64,000 nt of DNA from Thermodesulfovibrionales bacterium. GTDB lineage: Bacteria; Nitrospirota; Thermodesulfovibrionia; Thermodesulfovibrionales; UBA9159. Below are positions 54,277 through 63,886 of this stretch, piece after piece. The translations under genes and the position numbers were made by a program. The number at the start of each line of letters is the position of its first letter. Position 1 is the stretch's first letter. The stretch covers positions 8,619-72,618 of the forward strand of contig JBEKCV010000010.1 of assembly GCA_050014695.1 (NCBI GenBank), written 5' to 3'. The notes beneath the pieces were generated by a model. The model was not told the origin of the DNA. It made no database searches and saw only the letters and a list, made by a program, of their open reading frames with translations.

Positions 54277-54855
54277 CTCTTCGGTTTCTATCTTTTCGAT
54301 CTCTTCCCTTTTTTCCTGGCAGTCTCGGCAATAAATGGCAAAAGGAAGGACCTTTAACCGTTCGATATTTATCTCTTCTCCGCAATCTTCGCATGTCCCG
54401 TAGGTGCCTTCTCTCAATTTCCGCAATGCCTCGTCTATCTTGAGGAGGACGTCCCGGTGGGTGGCGAGTCGCCGGAAATTGATATCCTCCGAAAGATCGA
54501 TGACCGACCAATCACCATCGTCCAGGACGGACTCGACGATCTGCCGCGTTTCCCCCTTGATATATTTCCCAATCTCGGCCTTCGCTTCCCGTACGATCTC
54601 TTCCCGGTTGAGAATCAGCCGCTTTTTCAATATCGCCTCCCTGTTCGGGGTGGCGGTTTTGAGCTTCGGTTCCTTGGCTTTTGGCAGCGCGGTTATTTTT
54701 TTTGCCGGTTTGATCACGGCCGACTGGCTTGCCGAGCGTGATTTCTTTGCTTTCTGGGGAGCTTTTGTCCGCGGCGGTGTTTTTTTTGCTTTGTCTTTGG
54801 CAGACTTCTTCTGCGGCTGTGGTTTTTTTCTTAACGGAGTCGCTTTTTTTGCCAT
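54271..54855 (-). CDS. DksA/TraR-family C4 zinc-finger protein with a ~75-aa Lys/Pro/Ala-rich N-terminal tail
   Basis: 'LREGTYGTCEDCGEEINIERLKVLPFAIYCRDCQ'. The N-terminus reads 'MAKKATPLRKKPQPQKKSAKDKAKKTPPRTKAPQKAKK...'. Confidence 0.8.
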   Translation of the reverse strand: MAKKATPLRKKPQPQKKSAKDKAKKTPPRTKAPQKAKKSRSASQSAVIKPAKKITALPKAKEPKLKTATPNREAILKKRLILNREEIVREAKAEIGKYIKGETRQIVESVLDDGDWSVIDLSEDINFRRLATHRDVLLKIDEALRKLREGTYGTCEDCGEEINIERLKVLPFAIYCRDCQEKREEIEKIETEEL

Positions 54856-54938
54856 AAGTACCTCTTTATGCTTTATTTCCGATCAGTTATCAGGCTGTTA
54901 ACAAAATGTTCTCTTTTCATGACGACCGATGAAAAGCC

Positions 54939-55091
54939 CTATTGCTTCTGAGATGCCGCGGGTTCCGGGCTCTTCTCCTCTTCCTTAAAGATCTCGATGA
55001 TGCTCCCCACTTCTATGCCTGCCTGCTGCAGCGCCTTCTGGAGGTCAACGAGCTTTGCATCCTTCACCTTCACGATATAATTGATATTCAT
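54939..55091 (-). CDS. possible 50-aa protein immediately after frr
   Basis: The ATG lies 1 nt after the frr stop and is preceded by 'ggaggtttagc' (a good SD at 6 nt). No family recognised. Confidence 0.35.
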   Translation of the reverse strand: MNINYIVKVKDAKLVDLQKALQQAGIEVGSIIEIFKEEEKSPEPAASQKQ

Positions 55092-55092
55092 G

Positions 55093-55650
55093 CTAAACCT
55101 CCATGATCTCATTCTCTTTATGGCTGAGCACCTCGTCGACCTTCTCGATGGAGGAGTCGGTGAGTTTCTGTATTTCAGCGTGAAATTTTTTGACATCGTC
55201 CTCGCTTATGTGTTCTTCCTTCTCGAGTTTCTTCAGTTCCTCGTTTGTGTCTCGCCTGATGTTCCTTACCGATACCTTCGCCTCTTCAGCACGCTTTTTT
55301 ACCACCTTGACAAGTTGTTTTCTCCGCTCCTCGGTGAGCGCCGGAATCATGATCCGTATCATCTTCCCGTCATTTGAGGGGGTAAGGCCGAGATCGGATT
55401 TCATGATCGCTTTCTCGATTTCAGGGATGATTCGCGGTTCCCACGGCTGAATTGCTATCTGCCGCGGGTCAGGGATGCTCAGGCTTGCCACCTGTTGAAG
55501 AGGGGTGGGTGTCCCGTAGTAGTCCACCGTTATGCTATCGAGCAGCGCAAGGGAGGCCCTTCCTGTCCGTATCGAAGCGAAGTCCTTCTTGAGCGCTTCG
55601 AGGGTCCCGTCCATTTTTTCAACGGTCTTTCTTCTGAGTTCCTTCTGCAT
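55093..55650 (-). CDS. frr: ribosome recycling factor
   Basis: '[12 protein letters not shown]', '[22 protein letters not shown]', 'IRNIRRD'. Confidence 0.95.
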   Translation of the reverse strand: MQKELRRKTVEKMDGTLEALKKDFASIRTGRASLALLDSITVDYYGTPTPLQQVASLSIPDPRQIAIQPWEPRIIPEIEKAIMKSDLGLTPSNDGKMIRIMIPALTEERRKQLVKVVKKRAEEAKVSVRNIRRDTNEELKKLEKEEHISEDDVKKFHAEIQKLTDSSIEKVDEVLSHKENEIMEV

Positions 55651-56368
55651 TGTTACCCCCTACTAAGGTGCCTATCCTTTTTCCCTGAACGATTTTCTTG
55701 ATGTTCCCTTTTGCCCTTACGTTAAATACCATGATGGGCAGGTTGTTGTCCATACAGAGGGATATTGCTGTCGAATCCATTACCGACAAGCCTTTCCTAA
55801 GGACATCGATATAGGAAATGAAGCTGTATTTCTTGGCGGTTGGATCCTTCATGGGATCAGAGGTATATACCCCGTCGACCTTTGTTGCCTTGAGTATGAT
55901 TTCGGCCCCGATCTCCATTGCCCTCAAGGCAGCTGCAGTATCGGTGGTGAAGTAAGGGTTCCCTGTCCCCGCAGCGAAGATAACGACGCGGCCTTTTTCG
56001 AGGTGCCTCATTGCCCTGCGCCTGATATAGGGCTCGGCCAGCTCCTGCATCTCTATCGCAGACTGGACTCGCGTATGAACTCCAATCTTCTCGAGGGAGT
56101 TCTGAAGGGCGAGAGCATTGATGACCGTGGCAAGCATTCCCATGTAATCGGCAGACGCTCGTTCCATTCCTTTGACGCTCGCTTCCACGCCTCTGAAAAT
56201 ATTCCCGCCACCAATCACCACTGCAATTTCGACCCCCATGGCAACAATTCCCCTGATTTCAGATGCCATGAAATGAACCGTCGTCGAATCGATCCCATAG
56301 CTCTTTTCGCCCATGAGGGCTTCGCCGCTGAGTTTCAACAGTATCCGTTTATAGGTGAAGCCTTTCAT
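55619..56368 (-). CDS. pyrH: UMP kinase
   Basis: '[13 protein letters not shown]', '[11 protein letters not shown]', '[15 protein letters not shown]', '[17 protein letters not shown]', 'KATKVDGVY'. The start is set at 'MKGFTYKR'; the longer track form has a non-protein-like N-terminus. Confidence 0.95.
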   Translation of the reverse strand: MKGFTYKRILLKLSGEALMGEKSYGIDSTTVHFMASEIRGIVAMGVEIAVVIGGGNIFRGVEASVKGMERASADYMGMLATVINALALQNSLEKIGVHTRVQSAIEMQELAEPYIRRRAMRHLEKGRVVIFAAGTGNPYFTTDTAAALRAMEIGAEIILKATKVDGVYTSDPMKDPTAKKYSFISYIDVLRKGLSVMDSTAISLCMDNNLPIMVFNVRAKGNIKKIVQGKRIGTLVGGNNAEGTQKKDR

Positions 56369-56779
56369 CTTAAGTCCTGGCGGCTGAGACCCAGCCCACG
56401 AGGGCGGTGAGAAGCCGCTTGTGTGGGCTGCCCCACTTTCGCCTTCCCGTGGTAACGCACTCGCCTTGTGAGAGAGTGTCTCCACTCGCCACTGTTGTAC
56501 GGCCGCTGTATGTCTCGGTCCGTTTCGCGGTCATCCAGACCGTGTCAGCAGGCAGAGGTTCGAGTGGTCCGAACTGAGGAAGCATTCGGACGTTGGTCTT
56601 AACCTCCCGCACGACGTACTGCCTTGTCGGCCGATGATCCGGCTTATGAGTATGAGGACTCCGTCTGGTCACTCCCGGGCTACGCATCAACTGCTTGCGC
56701 ACCCCGTCCGTCAGGGAGGGGGGGCGGCTCGTGTATAGGAAGTCCTCAGGATAGGAATGAAGATCCCCCGTCCCTGAGA
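56369..56779. other. GC-rich, highly self-complementary non-coding insert between tsf and pyrH (candidate structured RNA or remnant of a mobile element)
   Basis: A 411-nt gap sits inside the otherwise tight rpsB-tsf-pyrH-frr cluster. Nested helices can be read directly: 56392-99/56423-30, 56404-07/56415-18, 56551-60/56601-06 and 56619-23, 56567-73/56585-91, and 56712-23/56765-76. Confidence 0.3.
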
Positions 56780-57379
56780 TTATGACCGCTCTCCCAGCTG
56801 GAACCTGACAAAACGCCTCACGACGATGTTTTCCCCGAGCTTTGCGATCTTCTCGGTCACCAGGTCCTTTATCGTGCGCTTCTGATCGGGGTCCTTAATG
56901 AACACTTGATCGAGGAGACAGGTATCGCCGAAAAATTTCTCCAGCTTGCCTTCCACTATCTTTTCGACAACCTGTGCCGCTTTGCCTGCGACCTGCGCCC
57001 GGTAAATCGCTTTCTCATTTTCAATAACATCGGGGGGAACATCTTCCCTCGCTGTATAGGACGGATTTGCTGCGGCTATGTGCATCGAGATGTCCTTCAC
57101 AAGATTCTTGAAATCATCGGTCCTGGCCACGAAATCGGTCTCACAGTTGACCTCCACAAGAACGCCGATTCTGTCCATGTGTATGTATGAGCCGACAGAG
57201 CCCTCGGACGCGCTTCGCCCTGCCTTTTTCGATGCGGTTGCAAGGCCCTTTTGCCTAAGCACAACTACTGCTTTTTCAGAATCTCCATTGGCTTCGGTGA
57301 GGGCTTTTTTACATTCCATCATGCCTGCACCGGTCTTCTCCCTGAGTTCTTTCACCTTGTCAGCTGAAATAGTTGTCAT
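56780..57379 (-). CDS. tsf: elongation factor Ts (short form)
   Basis: '[25 protein letters not shown]', '[18 protein letters not shown]', 'LLDQVFIKD'. Confidence 0.95.
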   Translation of the reverse strand: MTTISADKVKELREKTGAGMMECKKALTEANGDSEKAVVVLRQKGLATASKKAGRSASEGSVGSYIHMDRIGVLVEVNCETDFVARTDDFKNLVKDISMHIAAANPSYTAREDVPPDVIENEKAIYRAQVAGKAAQVVEKIVEGKLEKFFGDTCLLDQVFIKDPDQKRTIKDLVTEKIAKLGENIVVRRFVRFQLGERS

Positions 57380-58200
57380 CCTAAAACCTCCGATGTCTTT
57401 GTCGCAAAGCCTTGTGGAGGCAGTGGCACTGTGCTTTCCGCAGGGGCCTCAGCAGCTTCTTCCTGTCCGATCTTCTCCTGTATCGCCGCCTTTTCCGCTT
57501 CAAGGGAAGCGGCTTTTGCAGCGGTCTCTTTTCCCGTAAGAATGGCTTCAGCCATCTTTGCTGTTATCAACTTTATTGCCCGTATGGCGTCATCATTTCC
57601 GGGTATTACGTAATCCACCTCGTCCGGATCGCAATTGGTATCAACAACAGCAACTATCGGTATGGAGAGCTTTTTTGCCTCCGCAATGGCGATCCTCTCC
57701 TTCTTCGGGTCTACAATAAAAACAGCGCCGGGAATCCCGGGCATATCTTTTATCCCGGTGAGATTCTTTTCCAGCTTCATCCGCTCTTTTTCGAGGCCAG
57801 CAACTTCTTTTTTTGAGAGGGCCTCGTAGGTGCCGTCCTCCTTCATCTTTTCAATACTCTTCAGGCGCTCGATGCTTTTCTTAATGGTAGAAAAGTTGGT
57901 CAGCATTCCTCCGAGCCACCTCTGGTTCACAAAGAAGGCTCCGGCCTTCTGGGATTCCTCCTGGATAGCGTCCTGTGCCTGTTTCTTGGTTCCTACAAAA
58001 AGTATCGAATCACCCTTCAGTGACGTCTTCTTGACGAAGTGGTATGCCTCTTCAAGCCCCCTCAATGTCTTCTGAAGGTCGATGATATAGATACCATTTC
58101 TCTCTCCGAAGATGTACCGTTTCATCTTCGGGTTCCACCTCTTTACCTGATGACCGAAATGAACGCCGGCCTCAAGTAATTCCTTCATTGTTGCTACCAT
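57376..58200 (-). CDS. rpsB: 30S ribosomal protein S2 (with acidic/Ala-rich C-terminal extension)
   Basis: '[22 protein letters not shown]', '[10 protein letters not shown]', '[10 protein letters not shown]', 'VVDTNCDPD'. SD 'aaaggaggacacc' precedes 'MVATMKEL'. Confidence 0.95.
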   Translation of the reverse strand: MVATMKELLEAGVHFGHQVKRWNPKMKRYIFGERNGIYIIDLQKTLRGLEEAYHFVKKTSLKGDSILFVGTKKQAQDAIQEESQKAGAFFVNQRWLGGMLTNFSTIKKSIERLKSIEKMKEDGTYEALSKKEVAGLEKERMKLEKNLTGIKDMPGIPGAVFIVDPKKERIAIAEAKKLSIPIVAVVDTNCDPDEVDYVIPGNDDAIRAIKLITAKMAEAILTGKETAAKAASLEAEKAAIQEKIGQEEAAEAPAESTVPLPPQGFATKTSEVLG

Positions 58201-58897
58201 GGTGTCCTCCTTTGGTTGTTCCTCCGCCATTTCTCCCTTCACCCTGGTATAGGGACCGAGAAGGGAAAGCATTACGGCGTGTGTTTTTCAGGGTAAAAGC
58301 TTAGCACAGGGAGAGAGCTTTTTGCAAGACGCTTCCCCCCCGACTCGCCGATCCCCGTGCAAGGGTATGCAGATCGCGGCAATCAGGGGAGATGCGAGGT
58401 GGAAGAACAGTGCCGGAAAGCTCGCCGAGAGAACTCCCGTCGATATTAGTTGCATTTTTTGTGTAAAAACTGATAAATATATAGAATCTTTTGGGGGGCA
58501 GTTGCCTTGTCCGGCTCCCGGAACAGATTTATTGAGAACACGACAGGAACATGCGAGGAAGGTGACAAAGGCTCCATATGATTGTCTTTAGAGGCATCTT
58601 GTGTTGTTTTGAGGTCTCAGCGGTGGCGCTGTTAGCGCGTAAGTCCCTCGAGTCCTATCTCCATCAAAAGAGTGTGAAAAGGTAATAGTGGGAAGGCTTG
58701 GACTCTGCTGTTAAGATACGGCAAGCTGTCTCGTCGGCCTCCGGCGTATATCGGTTCAACAACGGGTTTGCCTTACGCCTCAAAGACGCATCGAGTTCTC
58801 TGAACGACGTCCGGAAAGACCCCTTCAATGCTGTGGAGAATAAGACGGACATATGACTGCGACAATGTTTTTCGGAGCGCTGGCAGGGAGGGTGACG

Positions 58898-59869
58898 GTG
58901 AGGGTCTCAGGGAAAGCGGTTCGTCGTACGAAAAAGAGGCTCGCGCGAGGTCTCTTGCTCATCCTACTGTCCGCACTCTGTGTGGGTTTTTTTTCCTTTC
59001 CCGCTGCTGCCGCAGATAAGACCATCGGTGTGATTCTGCCGGGCGACGTCCCTTATTTCCTTGATGTCCAGAGCGTTTTCCTCTCGAATCTGAATAAGGA
59101 AGGGTATGCCGGAAAGGTTGGGATAGTCATTCAGAAACCGTTCCCCGACCCTGTCTCCCTGAGCAATGCCGCACGGAAGCTCATCGCCCTTGATGTCGAT
59201 GTCATCGTCACCTATGGAGCGCCTGCCACGCTTGCCGCCGCAAGAGAAAAATCGAGGATTCCCATTGTATACGCGGGGGTATATGATCCCATGGTTCCTA
59301 AAATCAGGACAAGAAATATTATCGGTATAAGCTCAAGACTATCCGTTACCAGCCTCTTGCGTTATCTCAGGGGGTTGAATGACATCTCAACCCTCGAGGT
59401 TATCTATAGCGCAGGTGAGGAGGATTCCGTAATGCAGTTGCGAGAGTTGCTGAAACTTTCCCAGCAGCATGGATTTCGCGTTGAGGCGATAGATCTGAAA
59501 AGGCCCCAGGACGTAAGAACGGCACTTTCCGGCAGGAAACTCGATGCGATCTTTATTACCGGAAGTTCGATAGCGAATCTGGCTGGTCCAGCGATCATGG
59601 ATTTCGCGAGGGAGCAGAAGATCCCAACAGCTACCCTCATTCCTCTGAAAACCTCCCCTGCCACCGTTACCCTGGCTGCCAGTTCGAAGGAACAGGGAGA
59701 GAGGATTGCCGAGATGGTGACAAAGATTCTGAATGGCACCCCCCCTTACCGGATGAAAGCGGATTCCTCCAGCGAGATAGAATTAATCTTTAACTTCAAG
59801 GAGGCTGCGGCTATGGGTTTCAGGATACCCATGGATCTCGTCACAGAAGCGACGAGGCTCATTCAATGA
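58898..59869 (+). CDS. periplasmic substrate-binding protein, PF04392 (ABC_sub_bind) type, second copy, no transporter partners
   Basis: Signal peptide 'LLLILLSALCVGFFSFPAAAA', 'KTIGVILPG', 'IPIVYAGVYDP', 'LDAIFITGSS', 'KIPTATL', 'NFKEAAAMGFRIP'. GTG start after 'gggagggtgacg'; the alternative ATG is at 58853. Confidence 0.8.
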   Translation: MRVSGKAVRRTKKRLARGLLLILLSALCVGFFSFPAAAADKTIGVILPGDVPYFLDVQSVFLSNLNKEGYAGKVGIVIQKPFPDPVSLSNAARKLIALDVDVIVTYGAPATLAAAREKSRIPIVYAGVYDPMVPKIRTRNIIGISSRLSVTSLLRYLRGLNDISTLEVIYSAGEEDSVMQLRELLKLSQQHGFRVEAIDLKRPQDVRTALSGRKLDAIFITGSSIANLAGPAIMDFAREQKIPTATLIPLKTSPATVTLAASSKEQGERIAEMVTKILNGTPPYRMKADSSSEIELIFNFKEAAAMGFRIPMDLVTEATRLIQ

Positions 59870-60750
59870 AGATGAAGGGCACACTGGTGAAATGCGTCGT
59901 TGTCTTTCTTCTCCTCTTGCTGCCTTTGAAGGGATACGGTCAGCAGGAGCTGCTCATCGGGCTTATCCCAGAAGAGAATATCTTCAATCAGATGGACAGG
60001 TACAGGCCCCTTGCGGCCTACTTATCGAGTAAACTCGGCATGAAAATCAGGCTCACCATCTTGAGCAGATACGGAGATGTCATCGACAAGTTTGACTCGC
60101 GTAAGATGGATGGTGCTTTTTTTGAGGTCTTTACTGCTGTACTCGCCATGGAAAAACTCTCCGTCGAGCCGATAGTTACCAAGGTGAACCTTGACGGAAC
60201 ATCGACCAGCCGGGGGTATATCTTTGTGAGACAAGACAGCGGCATAAGAACCGTCAAGGATATGAAGGGCAAGCGAATGGCCTTTGTCGACAAAGCGACG
60301 GTCACCGGCTATCTCTTCGCGGTTTCATTCCTTCGGGAGAACGGCGTCAAGAGCATTGAGAGATATTTCAAGGAATACTATTTCACCGGAAGCCACGATT
60401 CCGCCATCTATTCCGTACTCGATAACCGTGCTGATATCGGTGCTGCCGATGGGGAGGTCTATCTGCGGATGGTCGAGAAGGACCCTTCGATAAAGAATGA
60501 ACTTTTCTTTGTCGCGCAATCACCACCGGTTCCTGACACCACGCTCTGCCTTAGGAAGGATTTGCCGGGAGAGGTTAAATCAAAGATCAAGGAGATACTC
60601 TTGAACATGGACAAGGACCCTGAGAGCAAGGAGGTTCTGAGAAATCTTAGGGTAATAAAGTTCCGCGGAGCAAGTAAAGACGATTTTCTCCCCGTTTTTG
60701 AAATAGCAAAGAAGGCAGGTGTCGACATAAAGTCCTACAGGTATAAATGA
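59866..60750 (+). CDS. PhnD-like (phosphonate/phosphite-type) periplasmic substrate-binding protein
   Basis: 'LLIGLIPEENIFNQMDRYRPLAAYL', 'GDVIDKFDSRKMDGAFF', 'GKRMAFVDKATVTGY', 'GSHDSAIYSVLDNRADIGA'. Overlaps both neighbours by 4 nt. Confidence 0.8.
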   Translation: MKMKGTLVKCVVVFLLLLLPLKGYGQQELLIGLIPEENIFNQMDRYRPLAAYLSSKLGMKIRLTILSRYGDVIDKFDSRKMDGAFFEVFTAVLAMEKLSVEPIVTKVNLDGTSTSRGYIFVRQDSGIRTVKDMKGKRMAFVDKATVTGYLFAVSFLRENGVKSIERYFKEYYFTGSHDSAIYSVLDNRADIGAADGEVYLRMVEKDPSIKNELFFVAQSPPVPDTTLCLRKDLPGEVKSKIKEILLNMDKDPESKEVLRNLRVIKFRGASKDDFLPVFEIAKKAGVDIKSYRYK

Positions 60751-62717
60751 AGAAAAGGCTCATATATGCTCTTGTCCTCTTGTTCCTCCTCTTTTCTTTG
60801 GGAGCAGGGGTGACCATGGTGTATATCTATCGGGTAACATCCGATCTCCAGTCGGTCATCAATCTTCACCGGATAGAGATTATCCGCCAGAATCTCGTTA
60901 TCAACACGCAGACCGTCCAATCGAATCTCTACACGACAGGAACCATCTTCGGCAAGGAACTGGATGTGATCGTGGAGAACGTCACTGCCCTGGACGACTC
61001 CATCCACGGCTGTAAGAAGTGTCATCATAGCAGAGAGATGACGGCGAGGCTGAAAGACGTCGAAAGAAACGTGGAGCAGTATAAGGAGGCGATCAGTTAT
61101 CTGATTACCACCACAGCCAATCCGGAGAGGGTCGGACGGTTGAAAATGGTGGCGGTTGGTATCGGGGACAGGCTCCTGTCCCAGACGCAGGAGATGGCCT
61201 TTATCGCCGACAAGAGCCTCAGCATGAGGACAATATCGGCGATTAAGGAGATCAACAATTCCAAGAATATCCTGCTTGCGACTCTCCTCCTCACTCTCGT
61301 CATAGCCCTTATCATCGCTATTACGTTAACAAAACAAATAACCAGACCGGTATACGCGCTTGTCGCTGCTACCCGGATGATCGCCTCCGGGCATCTTGGA
61401 TATAAAGCATCCTATGACGACAAGACCGAATTCGGAGAACTCGCGAAAAACTTCAACGCCATGAGTGAACGACTGAAGGAGGAACGTGAGCATATCACCC
61501 AGTATATTGAGCAACTCGCCGGCCTTTACGACATAACCCTCTCCCTGTACAAGATCACCGAGCTGGAAGATGCCTATAGCGGAATTTGCCGAGAACTCGC
61601 CAACCTCTTAAAGGTGGAGCAGTGTACCCTGATCCTGTACAGTGACGAACAGCGTATGTTTGTCGCTCATCCCTCAGCCTATGGCCTGAGTGACGAGCAG
61701 ACACCGCTTCTGAAATTTTCCCGCGAGAAGGGGGAAGAACTCTTTCGCCAGGCGCAGGGCCTTCCTGTCGTCTCGAATGACGTTCTCAACGATGAGCGCT
61801 TCGACCCTGCTGTCACACACGTCTTGAATGAGCGCTCTGTCCTGATGGCATGGCTGCATCGGAAAGAAAAACTGCTCGGTGTCCTGAGAGTCGCGAACAA
61901 GAACGGGATTTTTACTGAGGAGGATGCGAAGCTCTTGACCATCCTCGCAAGCCATATAGCCGTCGCCAGAGAAAATGCGCTCCTGTATGAATACTTGCAG
62001 GATCAGATGTTCGAGTTGCGGGACACCCAGGAACAGCTCATCCAGTCTGCGAAGCTGGTTGCAATAGGAGAACTGGCCTCTAATGTCGCCCATGAGATCA
62101 ACAATCCCCTGACCAGCATTATCGGTTTTACCGAGCTGCTGAAAAGCGAGGGAGACATCCACCGTATCCGAATCCGCCTCGACATTATCGAGAAAGAGTC
62201 TTTGAGGGCGAGGGACATTGTGAGGCAGTTACTCCGGTTTGCGAGAAAAAGCCCCCTGCAGCTTATGGAAATCGATGTCAACGAAGTGTTGAGAGAAGTG
62301 TTGCAGCTCATTGATGTGCAGGTAAAGGGCAATCATGTCGAAGTGCGAGAAGAGTTTGGCCAATTTCCCCAGACGGTAGGGGATCTCAACCAACTGAAAC
62401 AGGTCTTTATCAACATCATCAACAACGCTATTTCCGCGATGCCCGACGGCGGGAGGCTCACAATAAGAACAGCTCGCCTCGGGGAATATATCCTCATTGA
62501 TGTTGAGGATACGGGCGTTGGCATCCCAAAAGAGATTCTCACGCGAATTTTTGAACCCTTTTTCACCACCAAAAAGGAGAAAGGGACGGGGCTGGGGTTA
62601 TCTATCAGTTACCGCATCATTCAGGACCACGGTGGGCGGATCGATGTCGAGAGCTACGACGGTGAGGGTACCAGGTTCACGGTAAGACTCCCCCTAAGAA
62701 CGCAGAAGACCTCGTAA
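60747..62717 (+). CDS. sensor histidine kinase (helical periplasmic domain with CxxCH, HAMP, GAF, HisKA, HATPase_c)
   Basis: TM1, periplasmic '[10 protein letters not shown]', TM2, HAMP '[12 protein letters not shown]...[12 protein letters not shown]', a GAF-like region, H-box '[12 protein letters not shown]', '[10 protein letters not shown]', 'DTGVGI', 'GTGLGLS'. Confidence 0.9.
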   Translation: MKKRLIYALVLLFLLFSLGAGVTMVYIYRVTSDLQSVINLHRIEIIRQNLVINTQTVQSNLYTTGTIFGKELDVIVENVTALDDSIHGCKKCHHSREMTARLKDVERNVEQYKEAISYLITTTANPERVGRLKMVAVGIGDRLLSQTQEMAFIADKSLSMRTISAIKEINNSKNILLATLLLTLVIALIIAITLTKQITRPVYALVAATRMIASGHLGYKASYDDKTEFGELAKNFNAMSERLKEEREHITQYIEQLAGLYDITLSLYKITELEDAYSGICRELANLLKVEQCTLILYSDEQRMFVAHPSAYGLSDEQTPLLKFSREKGEELFRQAQGLPVVSNDVLNDERFDPAVTHVLNERSVLMAWLHRKEKLLGVLRVANKNGIFTEEDAKLLTILASHIAVARENALLYEYLQDQMFELRDTQEQLIQSAKLVAIGELASNVAHEINNPLTSIIGFTELLKSEGDIHRIRIRLDIIEKESLRARDIVRQLLRFARKSPLQLMEIDVNEVLREVLQLIDVQVKGNHVEVREEFGQFPQTVGDLNQLKQVFINIINNAISAMPDGGRLTIRTARLGEYILIDVEDTGVGIPKEILTRIFEPFFTTKKEKGTGLGLSISYRIIQDHGGRIDVESYDGEGTRFTVRLPLRTQKTS

Positions 62718-62812
62718 GTCCACAACGCGAAATGGTCGACTTCGGAGGTTGCACCATAACGGTGGCATCCATGAAGGCTGGCCTTATTGTAATATAGCAG
62801 GAGGGTTATCGC

Positions 62813-63628
62813 ATGGAAGAAGCCTACAGCATAAAGATTCCTGTTTTTGAAGGACCTCTGGATCTCCTCTTGCACCTTATCAGGGAGAACAAGATAGACG
62901 TTTATGATATCCCCATAGCCCTTATCACGCACCAGTACCTTGAGTATATAGAGATGATGAAGGAACTCAATCTCGACGTGGCAGGTGAGTTTCTTCTTAT
63001 GGCAGCGACGCTCATCCATATCAAGTCGAGGATGCTCCTTCCGGTGGATGAAGAGGTGAAGGATGAAGAGCAGGAAGATCCGAGATTCGAACTCGTTCAG
63101 AGGCTCCTTGAATACCAGACATTTAAAGAGGTATCCTTGGCGTTGCAGGAAAAGGAAGACGAATGGAGTAATGTGTTTTATCGGCAGTTCTTCGAGGGAG
63201 ACGAAAAGGGGAAGAGACGTTCTGACGACGACGTGCTTTTCTCGCCGGAGAATGATTCCGATGGGTATCTGCTTGAAACCGGCGAATCCGGATCTGAAAC
63301 CCTCCATCTTTTTGACCTCAACATCTTCGATCTTCTCTCTGCATTCAGGAAATTCTTGGACAAGGCGCCGCCCGAGGTCGTTGCGATCACGAGGGAAACG
63401 TTAACCGTGAAAGACAGGATATCGTTTATCATGGAGAAGCTTGAAAATGAGAATGCCGTTCGATTTGAGGACCTGCTTGGGGGGAACGTAACGCGATCGT
63501 ATCTCATTGTTACCTTTATTGCTTTCCTTGAAATCTTGAGATTGGGGCTCGCAAGGGCATATCAGGAAAGGGATTTCGGAAATATCTGGATTATCAGGAG
63601 ACAGGACCCCTCACACGAAGCGGAATGA
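62813..63628 (+). CDS. scpA: segregation and condensation protein A
   Basis: 'FEGPLDLLLHLIRENKIDVYDIPIALITHQYLEYI', 'AGEFLLMAATLIHIKSRMLLP', 'IVTFIAFLEILR'. Confidence 0.9.
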   Translation: MEEAYSIKIPVFEGPLDLLLHLIRENKIDVYDIPIALITHQYLEYIEMMKELNLDVAGEFLLMAATLIHIKSRMLLPVDEEVKDEEQEDPRFELVQRLLEYQTFKEVSLALQEKEDEWSNVFYRQFFEGDEKGKRRSDDDVLFSPENDSDGYLLETGESGSETLHLFDLNIFDLLSAFRKFLDKAPPEVVAITRETLTVKDRISFIMEKLENENAVRFEDLLGGNVTRSYLIVTFIAFLEILRLGLARAYQERDFGNIWIIRRQDPSHEAE

Positions 63629-63886
63629 TATAGAGATTTCCCCAGTAGCCCGAGCTGTTAGCGCACGTTTCTGCCTGCCGGAGAACGTCCTTCGCTGGAG
63701 GGGTTTTGGCGAGTGCGGGCCGCATGTCGGTTTTTATCGGCAACGGTTACATGGCAAAGGCCCCGCTCTATCCAGCGGCGTCTCTCCGCGGCCCAAAGCA
63801 AGGATAGGTTTATGGTATAATTTTTTAAAACAACGTTCAGACAAAGACGGTCCGGTACTGCTGTACGGCCGAAGGAGGTTGACGAA

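Noticed and set aside
56369-56779. RNase P RNA (rnpB) hypothesis for the structured tsf-pyrH insert. This was tempting because the window also encodes a HARP.
   Set aside because: The universally conserved CR-I 'GAGGAAAGUCCGGGC' and CR-V 'ACAGAA..CGGCUUA' are absent. Only weak look-alikes occur on the plus strand: 'AAGTCCTGGC' at 56372 and 'CCGGCTTAT' at about 56638. With those as anchors, P1-P3 would fall inside pyrH. The CR-II, CR-III and CR-IV signatures are also missing.
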